In this document: positions 57,006-64,000 of the stretch, in pieces
How positions within the stretch are numbered: position 1 is the stretch's first letter
Layout: each line of letters starts with the position of its first letter
NCBI GenBank assembly: GCA_050013835.1
Contig: JBEKEM010000008.1
Span: 32,290 to 96,289 of the forward strand
Source: Acidimicrobiales bacterium
Lineage (GTDB): Bacteria > Actinomycetota > Acidimicrobiia > Acidimicrobiales > Bog-793
Direction of reading: 5' to 3'
Length of the DNA stretch: 64,000 nt
Program-made: the position numbers and the translations under genes
The notes under the pieces: model-generated
What the model saw: only the letters and a program-made list of their open reading frames with translations
Databases searched by the model: none
What the model was told of the DNA's origin: nothing

Positions 57006-57887
57006 CTATTCCTTTGTCGACCCAGCGAGCATGCCGCTCACAAGGGTCCGCTGCGCGAACAGGAACACGAGCAACACCGGTGCGATTGCGATGAGCGTCG
57101 CCATCGCCAGCTCGGGCCGATAGATGAGGGCTTGTCCGCCAGTCGCCGCGACCGGGTTGATCGACGGCGAGCTTCCCAGCAGGATCGGTAGGCCCACCTG
57201 CAGTGGGTACTGCGAGTTGTCATAGGTCATCACAAACGGAAGGTAGTAGTTGTTCCAGTTCGCGACGAACGAGAAGAATCCGACGAGCCCCACGACCGGC
57301 ACCGCGAGCGGCAATGCAATACGCCAGAACACGCCCCATTCGCCAGCGCCGTCAATCCGCGCCGCCCCGAGCAGATCCTTCGGAATAGTCGTTGAGAAGT
57401 AGATATAAGCGAGATAGACACCGAACGGGAAGAACCCGAACGGCAAGATGATCGACCAGACCGTGCCGACCAGGTGCACGGTATTGGCCTCGAGAAACAG
57501 CGGCAGGACGAGCGCGGTCCCCGGCACGATCATCACGACGAGCGTGATCGCGAGCAGAGCGCGTCGCCCGGCGAAGCGCGTCAGCGCCAGGCCGTATCCG
57601 GACGGAATCGCGGCCAGTACTGCGAGCGCGGTACCGCCAAACGCGTAGATCGCGGAGTTCTTGAGCCAGGTCAAGACGAGGTTGCCCTCGTAGGAAGTGA
57701 CATCGCGGAACGTGCGGCCAAATGTTGTGAAGCTGCCGAACGCGAGCGGTGCCTTATTGATGATCTGGCTATCCGTCTTGGTGGGCGCGATGAGCAGCCA
57801 GACAACGGGCCCGAAGAAAAATACAGTGAACAGGAGTAAGACCAGAATTGCGATGATGCGGAAGGCGTAGCGTCGCGCGAGCATCAC
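57006..57887 (-). CDS. Carbohydrate ABC permease (MalG-like)
   Basis: AARIDGAGE..VF.RIALP, WNNYYLP. Confidence 0.9.
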   Translation of the reverse strand: MMLARRYAFRIIAILVLLLFTVFFFGPVVWLLIAPTKTDSQIINKAPLAFGSFTTFGRTFRDVTSYEGNLVLTWLKNSAIYAFGGTALAVLAAIPSGYGLALTRFAGRRALLAITLVVMIVPGTALVLPLFLEANTVHLVGTVWSIILPFGFFPFGVYLAYIYFSTTIPKDLLGAARIDGAGEWGVFWRIALPLAVPVVGLVGFFSFVANWNNYYLPFVMTYDNSQYPLQVGLPILLGSSPSINPVAATGGQALIYRPELAMATLIAIAPVLLVFLFAQRTLVSGMLAGSTKE

Positions 57888-58828
57888 TGGACCTCAAACA
57901 GCCTGCCGCGCCAGACGATAATCACTGCGACGATCACGCCCAACACGAGAAGGTCGACCGAGATCGCCGCGGCTTCGTTGAAGCGGTCAAGCTGGAATGC
58001 GAGGTAGTACGCCAGCTGATTCGGCGACCACTGTGGGGGGACTTCGCCCCCGGTCGCGATGCCAAGAATCTGCGGCTCCACGAACAGCTGCATGCCGGCC
58101 GCGAACGAGAGCACGAGCATGTACACGACCCACTTCCGGATGAGCGGGAGCTTGATTCGCAGCGCGGTCTGAAGCACGTTCGAACCATCTATCTCGGCGG
58201 CCTCGATCAGCTCAGTGGGAACGTTATTCAGCGCGCCGTGCATCACGACGATCCAGCCCCCAGCGCCTGTCCAGAACGCCATGATCGCGAAGAGCACGGG
58301 GAGATTGTTTGGTGTGACCGTGTTTGCCAGAAGTGTGTAGTGAAGTGCGTGCAGGAGGAAAGAAAAAGGACTTGTGGTTGGGGTGAACATGAACAGCCAG
58401 ATGACCACGCTTGCCGCTCCCGCCATAGCTCCCGGGAGATAGAAGATGAAACGAAAGGCCGAGCTGACTCGCCGCGCCAGGTTGTGGACCATGAGCGCCA
58501 ACAGCACGACAAGCACCGATTGACTGACCAACCAGATGGCTTCAAACATCAGCACGTGTTTGAAAGCGGGTATGAACTGAGGCAGGTCATAGCTGTTGAC
58601 GAAGTTCGCAAAACCAAGGCCATTTGGGGTCTGGAGCGCGAGTGAAATCGCATAGATCGTGGGCGCGATGCCGAGGCACGCGAGCAGCACTACGTAGATG
58701 GCGACGAAGAAGTAGCCCGCTGAACGCGAGGTGCCAGCCGGTGGGCGCTCTCGGAGCCCCCGGGTCCGGCGCCCCCGCCGAGCACTTGCGTGCTCGGCGG
58801 GGGTAACCGTAGCCAAATGGTCAGTCAT
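57884..58828 (-). CDS. Carbohydrate ABC permease (MalF-like)
   Basis: EAAEIDGS....ALRIKLP, QLFVEP. Confidence 0.9.
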   Translation of the reverse strand: MTDHLATVTPAEHASARRGRRTRGLRERPPAGTSRSAGYFFVAIYVVLLACLGIAPTIYAISLALQTPNGLGFANFVNSYDLPQFIPAFKHVLMFEAIWLVSQSVLVVLLALMVHNLARRVSSAFRFIFYLPGAMAGAASVVIWLFMFTPTTSPFSFLLHALHYTLLANTVTPNNLPVLFAIMAFWTGAGGWIVVMHGALNNVPTELIEAAEIDGSNVLQTALRIKLPLIRKWVVYMLVLSFAAGMQLFVEPQILGIATGGEVPPQWSPNQLAYYLAFQLDRFNEAAAISVDLLVLGVIVAVIIVWRGRLFEVQ

Positions 58829-58849
58829 ACTGCGCTTTGCAAACCCTCA

Positions 58850-60259
58850 TTAGCAGCCGGAGCTGCCATTGGAGTTGATGCACCTGCTTGAGCTCTTCAC
58901 CGTCCAGCCGGCCAGCCTGGCGTCATTCGCCAGAGCCAAGGCGAACGAGTTGATCGACTTGCCGAGTGTGCTCGGCGGGGTGGCGGTCACGGCCGGCACC
59001 ACTGTCGATGCCCAGGCTGCGTCGGTGCTCCACGGAGTCGGGCCCCAACCGTTCCAGACCTCGGCTGCTGCCGTCTCCCATGCTTTCCCAGTTCCCGTCG
59101 GGTCGGCGAAGACGCTGCCAAACTTGCTGACATAGCCGGCCTGGTCCGCCACGTAGTCGGGCAGGCCCGCGTCGACGCCAACTTTTTGGATCTTCGGGCT
59201 TGTCGACATGAACTCAGCGAACGCGGCCGCAGCAGCCGGCTGGGTGCTGTGGCTCGACACGAGCCACAAACCGCCGCCGAGGGCGCCGGTGATGTGGGCG
59301 TTGCGGACTGACACCGGCGGCGCATAGGCCGCCATCGTGCCGTTCGGCACGCCGTCCGGCGCCGCCTTGCCGTTCTCGAACACGGCGGTCCCATACCACA
59401 GCGGCCCGACCATCATGACGACCTTGGCAGCGGGGAAGCCCCCGGCTGCAAAGACGTAGGTGTCGGTGATGGCGTTGCCCTCGAGCCCTGAATTGTCAAG
59501 CAGGCTGTCGATCCCCTTGCAGCCGGGCTGCGTCGGGTCGATCTCGACCGTGTTCGGGCCGACGACGTCATCGAGCGGACACCCGTTGCCCCAGTAGAGG
59601 AAGTCGTCATCGAACTCGTCGCCGATGTCCCCGACGATGTAGCCGGCGCCGGGGTGGTTCTTCTGGAGCGCTTGTCCGTCTGCGACGATCCCTCCCCAGG
59701 TCGTCGGAACTGGCGCGGTGCCAAACAGGCTCGTGTACAAACCCTGGTTGACCCAGAGCACGTCCGCGGCGGTGTCATTGCGCAGGCAGACGACCTCGCC
59801 CGAGGGTGTGGTGCAGGCGCTCATGCTCTTGCCCGCATAGCCCTTGAGAACGCTCTTCGGGAGGTAGTTCTTCAGGTTGAGCAGGTCATTGTACGGCGCC
59901 GTTCCGAGCTGGACCGCGTCGTAGTTCTGCGAGTCGAACATCACATCCGGCGCGTTCGAAGGCCAGCCGATGCGGTTCCACAGCGCGAACTTCGACTGCA
60001 GTACGCCAGTGCCATTCTCGTTGCCGTTGTAAATAACCCACTTGATGTTGGCCTTGGGATTGGCCTTCATGTACGCGTTCTCGTACGGAATGCGCGAGGT
60101 GTCGATCCAGACGACTAGCGGCTTCGACGACTTCGCTGCTGTTGCTACCGAAGCCGCCGGTGCCGCGAGTGCAACGCCAGCGACCACAACCGCCGTGAGC
60201 GCGACTCGGGTCCGTAATGAGCGACCTCGCCAGGATCTAACGTTGAAAAATGAGTTCAT
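58850..60259 (-). CDS. Carbohydrate ABC substrate-binding protein
   Basis: Signal peptide, APDV, LWVN, PTTW, GGGLW.VS; heads the permease operon; AAGGAG RBS. Confidence 0.82.
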   Translation of the reverse strand: MNSFFNVRSWRGRSLRTRVALTAVVVAGVALAAPAASVATAAKSSKPLVVWIDTSRIPYENAYMKANPKANIKWVIYNGNENGTGVLQSKFALWNRIGWPSNAPDVMFDSQNYDAVQLGTAPYNDLLNLKNYLPKSVLKGYAGKSMSACTTPSGEVVCLRNDTAADVLWVNQGLYTSLFGTAPVPTTWGGIVADGQALQKNHPGAGYIVGDIGDEFDDDFLYWGNGCPLDDVVGPNTVEIDPTQPGCKGIDSLLDNSGLEGNAITDTYVFAAGGFPAAKVVMMVGPLWYGTAVFENGKAAPDGVPNGTMAAYAPPVSVRNAHITGALGGGLWLVSSHSTQPAAAAAFAEFMSTSPKIQKVGVDAGLPDYVADQAGYVSKFGSVFADPTGTGKAWETAAAEVWNGWGPTPWSTDAAWASTVVPAVTATPPSTLGKSINSFALALANDARLAGWTVKSSSRCINSNGSSGC

Positions 60260-60625
60260 GATCGTGGACTCAACTCCTTCCGTCTTGTGATGCTTGCTTT
60301 CGATTCAGACTGCAACTGCTCCCTTCGTCTCGGCTCCACCACGTAATTGGCGAGCTCGGGCGGCTGATCGAGACCTGGATCCAATCCGATGCCCGGTTCT
60401 CTTGGCGCGCCAACGACAGCCCCTGTTGTAGACCCCGGGGTTCTCGAAGGATGGGATTAGAGGTCACGAGAGACTCTCGCGGTAGGTGCAGCTCGGGATT
60501 GCCGTGCAGCGGTGCCGAGAGAGAAGGGGGCCGTGCAGGTCACGTGGCTCGAAGTGGGCGTCATTCGAGGCAGCCCAAACGTACCGGGTCGTGGTGTCCT
60601 CTTTCGAGAGCGGCAGCGCCGAATC

Positions 60626-60669
60626 GGAAATCGTTTGCGAGACTAACTTGAGCCGCGAGTGTCATGCAA
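60626..60669 (-). promoter_or_regulatory. Putative promoter TTGCAT-N18-TAGTCT followed by a LacI-like operator GCAAACGATTTCC
   Basis: -35 at 60664-60669, -10 at 60640-60645, operator-like sequence at 60626-60638; oriented toward the SBP gene. Confidence 0.45.
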
Positions 60670-60670
60670 G

Positions 60671-61920
60671 TGTAAAGATCGTCCGGAAGTGCACGCCCCC
60701 TTGACCTGGGGAACGTCGGTCGAAACGGCGGCGACCGACCATCCGCGAATCTTCCAACCCCGGCCCGGAGGCTTCTCCAGGGAAGCCGAAGGCCAGCCGG
60801 CAGATCGGGGAAAAAGGGTGCGCACCGACACGGAGCGGTGGGCCGAGATCCGGCGCAAGGTCTTGGTCGGGAGCACTCGAGGCGTTCGATCGTCCGGGAC
60901 TGCCGCATGGGCGGGAGGACCCCCGGCAAGATCCTCGCCCTCCCCGAGCCCCGTCTGCCGGGCCACCTCCCGGCGGCGGAAGCCCAAGCTCGAGGATTTC
61001 CTGGCCGTCATCGACGAGATCCTGGAGGCCGACGAGGCGTCTCCGGGGGCCGCGCCAGACCGCTCGGTGGATCTTCGAGCGACTGCGCGACGAGTACGGC
61101 TGCGCCGGCGGCATCACCCAGGACCAGGAGGCGGTGAAGGTTGCCAAGGTCCACGCCGGGAAGGTCTTCGTCCCGCTCAGCGACCCACCCGGGCGGGCCC
61201 AGTTCGGCTCCGGCGAGGCGGTCGTGCGCATCGCCCGGGTCGAGTGCAAGGCGGCGCTGGCGGTGATCATGCTGCCGTGCTCCGGCGTCTGCTTCCTCTC
61301 CACCTACCCGGTCGAGTCCACCGGGATCTTCCACTCCGGCCACGTGGCGGGCTTCGCGTTCTTCGGGGCAGTGCCGGCGAAGACCGACGACGACAACACG
61401 TCGGTCGCGGTGCCGAGGATCGTCGGCGACGAGCGCGTCCTCACCAGGGAGTTCCTCGCTTGCCGAGCCATTTCCTCTTCGAAGAGCACTTCTGCCACGT
61501 GGGCCAGGACAACGAAGAGGGCCACCTCGAGACCCGCGTCGGCTAGTCACGCCGAAACCTCCTGGCCCCGGTGCCGTCGTTGATGTCCTGGGCGGCGTAC
61601 AACGATTACCGGCGGCCTGCTGCTTCGCCGACCTGTTCCGCCACGTGCGGGGCAAGCCCGGCACCGAGACGGAACGGCCGCTCGGCGACCTCGCCGCAAT
61701 GCTGCCGCTGCCGACCGAGGCCTTCGAGGTCCGGCGGGGCGAGCACACCACGGCGACGTGGCTCTCGCTCGTGCGTTTCGACTGCGATGACTACTCGGTG
61801 CCGACGGCCTTCGCGCTCCACGAGGTGACCGCCACTGGCGCAATCGAGGAGGTTCGCATCCTCTGCGGCGACGAGGTGGTGGCCGTTCACCCCCGTCACT
61901 TGGACAAGGTCGTGTTGGCC
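60671..61920 (+). mobile_element. istA: Degenerate IS21-family element (istA pseudogene, no istB)
   Basis: TG-initiated end TGTAAAGATCGTCCGGAAGTG. Fragments ERWAEIRRKVLV, KLEDFLAVIDEILEAD, VFVPLSDPPGRAQFG.GEA, FFGAVP....DN and LVRFDCDDYSVP lie in different frames. Confidence 0.82.
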
Positions 61921-62157
61921 CGGGCCAGGACCTCCTCGGCGCGTCGAGACGCTGCGCCGAGGATAAAGCCGGTGAGCGCTGCTCGGGGAGACTGGCACCT
62001 TCCTCGAGTGGGGCCCCACGCGCTGCATCGGTGTGAATCCCGATCCTTGCGCCCTTCGCCATGGCATCTGCTTCTCGGGGTCTGTTCGGAATGTGAACGG
62101 ACAATGCGGACGGAAAGGGTCTAGCCGGCTCGGATAAAGGAACCACCGCCGTGAGGC

Positions 62158-63003
62158 CTAGTGAAGCATGCCCTGGAACTGACCAGACCTGATCCACCGT
62201 TGCGCGAGGACCAAGACGACGACAACGGGGGCGATCGTCGCTAACAGCAAGAACGCGATCGCGCTCGGTGGCGAGCTCGTGTGCAGCTGGATCACACCGA
62301 GGTATTCCCCGGACGTCTCGCCATTGAACAGCTGAAGGGCGATGCCAAGCGGCAAGGGGTAGTGGCTAGTTGAGTCGGTCGACCAGTACATGACCCACGG
62401 AAGGAAGAAGTTCGTCCAGCTCGCCACGATGTTGAGAAACACGATCAGCGCCGCGACTGGCTTCGAAAGCGGAACGGCGATGCGTCGGAACACCTTCCAT
62501 TCGTTGCAACCGTCTGTGCGCGCCGTCTGAAACAGGATATTGAAGCGCTCGGTCTGGAAGTACAAGTAGGACAGGTAGACGCCGAACGGGAACAGGCTGT
62601 AAGGCAAGATGACCGCGAATGGGCTCGTCAGAAGATGCACCTCGTTTGCCTCGAGGAAGAGCGGCAACACGAGCGCGCTGGTCGGGATCAGCATTATGAG
62701 CATCGTGAGGATCAGAAGCACACGTCGACCAGGAAACTCGTGCGTCGCAATGGCGTAGCCAGCGGGAACGCAAGTTGCGATGGCGATCGCAGCCCCCGCC
62801 GCTGAGTAGATCGTCGAGTTGATCAGCCACACTCCCCACACTCCGAGAGTGCCGCTGATCAGTCCGAGGTTGCCGCCGAACGCCTCGACGACGAGCCAGA
62901 TGATGGGCACGATGAAAAACGCCGCAACGAGCGCGAGTAGGACGTACGTAACAACCTGGCCCGTCGAAGTCCGTCGCGCGGCCGAATTCGCGTGAGAGAG
63001 CAT
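62158..63003 (-). CDS. Carbohydrate ABC permease (MalG-like), paralog of 57006-57887
   Basis: ALVLPLFLEAN.VHL, FPFGVYL.Y.YF, ARTDGCNEW.VF.RIA.P. Confidence 0.88.
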   Translation of the reverse strand: MLSHANSAARRTSTGQVVTYVLLALVAAFFIVPIIWLVVEAFGGNLGLISGTLGVWGVWLINSTIYSAAGAAIAIATCVPAGYAIATHEFPGRRVLLILTMLIMLIPTSALVLPLFLEANEVHLLTSPFAVILPYSLFPFGVYLSYLYFQTERFNILFQTARTDGCNEWKVFRRIAVPLSKPVAALIVFLNIVASWTNFFLPWVMYWSTDSTSHYPLPLGIALQLFNGETSGEYLGVIQLHTSSPPSAIAFLLLATIAPVVVVLVLAQRWIRSGQFQGMLH

Positions 63004-63941
63004 CAGTGGCCGACGTCGAACAAGCCGGTGCGGAAGAGAATGACGGCCGCGCAGATCACGGCGGCCACGAGCAAGTCGACGGCGATCGCAGCCGCATAGT
63101 TGAAGTAGTCGTAGTGGAACGCAAGGAAGATAGCGAGCTGATTGGGCGACCAGGCCTGGTTCGCGAGCCCGCCCGTCGCCTCACTGATTAGCTGCGGTTC
63201 GGCGAACAGCTGCGACCCGGCAGCGAACGCGCCGATCACCATATAGGCGATCCATTTCTTTATTAAAGGCAGCTTGATGTAGACGGCAGTACGCCATGCT
63301 CCCGCGCCGTCGAGCTTCGCGCTCTCGAGTGCCGCTCGGGGGATTGTCGCGAGTGCGCCGTGCATGACGACGATCCAGCTCCCGGCACCGCTCCAGAACG
63401 CGATCAGTGCGAAGACCACCGGGAGGTGGGCTGGCGCGAGCGAGTCGCCGAGCGTGTGATAGCCGAGCCAGTTCAACACGAAGCCCCACGGACTCTTGCC
63501 CGGTTGCAGCATGAACAGCCAAAGCATCACGCTTGCCGCGCCCGCGAGTGCTGCCGGAAGATACAACAGGAAGCGGAAAGCGGCGCTAACGCGCTCGTTC
63601 AATGAGTGCAGCAGCAGCGACAGGCCGACGACGAAAATGACGAGCGCTGTGAGCCAGATCCCCAAGAACTTGATGATGTTCTCGAACGCCGGCACGAAGT
63701 AGGAGTTGTGGGTGGCGTCTATGAAGTTGTCGAGCCCAGTGAAGTGGGCAGACAGCGACGTCAGCGCCAGATAGACCACGTAGCCCGCCGGATAGATCCC
63801 GATGGCCACGAGCAGCACGACATACGGCGCGACGAACAGGTAGCCCGACTTGCGCGGTCGCATAGGCGACTTACGTTTCATCCCAGAGCCTGCTGGGCGA
63901 CGTAGGCCGGTGCCACATTTGTTCATCAGGCGTCCTATCAA
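63003..63941 (-). CDS. Carbohydrate ABC permease (MalF-like), paralog of 57884-58828
   Basis: YLP.A.AGAASV..WLFM, ESAKLDGAG, WSPNQLA. Start may be 63881. Confidence 0.88.
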   Translation of the reverse strand: MIGRLMNKCGTGLRRPAGSGMKRKSPMRPRKSGYLFVAPYVVLLVAIGIYPAGYVVYLALTSLSAHFTGLDNFIDATHNSYFVPAFENIIKFLGIWLTALVIFVVGLSLLLHSLNERVSAAFRFLLYLPAALAGAASVMLWLFMLQPGKSPWGFVLNWLGYHTLGDSLAPAHLPVVFALIAFWSGAGSWIVVMHGALATIPRAALESAKLDGAGAWRTAVYIKLPLIKKWIAYMVIGAFAAGSQLFAEPQLISEATGGLANQAWSPNQLAIFLAFHYDYFNYAAAIAVDLLVAAVICAAVILFRTGLFDVGH

Positions 63942-64000
63942 TACTCTTGCGGCCGGTCCTAGGCGGCACTACGTGGGGACCCGCCCGGTCGGACCCGTCA

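Noticed and set aside
1-64000. Many long overlapping or antisense ORFs (e.g. 21026-23668, 36538-39060, 30130-32046)
   Set aside because: Shadow ORFs typical of high-GC DNA, overlapping well-supported genes and Arg/Pro/Gly-rich
1-64000. CRISPR arrays, rRNA, tRNA, prophage
   Set aside because: No regularly spaced repeats or recognisable structural-RNA or phage genes seen by eye

Overview
A very GC-rich bacterial chromosome segment, most likely actinobacterial (F420-dependent PPOX genes, an actinobacterial-type LexA box, MsiK and a SigK-like ECF sigma factor; Acidimicrobiia is a guess). 1-14.8 kb holds housekeeping and accessory genes: the glmU 5' part, an M20 peptidase, an aldo/keto reductase, two PPOX enzymes, EamA, an amino-acid ABC transporter, an S4 protein, a nitrilase pseudogene, a GNAT and DUF2254. 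15-33 kb is a redox block: cydABDC, a type II-like sulfide:quinone reductase and a seven-gene heterodisulfide-reductase (Hdr)/MvhD operon. Next come an ECF sigma/anti-sigma module, mgtA and assorted enzymes. From about 49 kb there is a sugar-uptake region (GH36, msiK, two paralogous ABC permease sets) containing IS110 and IS21 remnants. The best leads are: (1) a two-gene operon at 9.5-10.4 kb behind a perfect LexA/SOS box, encoding a 74-aa protein ending in Gly-Gly and an unknown Cys-containing partner, a candidate DNA-damage-induced ubiquitin-like conjugation system; (2) the methanogen-like Hdr operon, which has two unequal HdrA subunits and whose first two genes appear to start at ATT and ACG behind a Rex/CRP-like site; (3) a strongly structured intergenic RNA candidate at 41.3-41.5 kb. 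All family assignments come from reading motifs and from memory; no searches were run.
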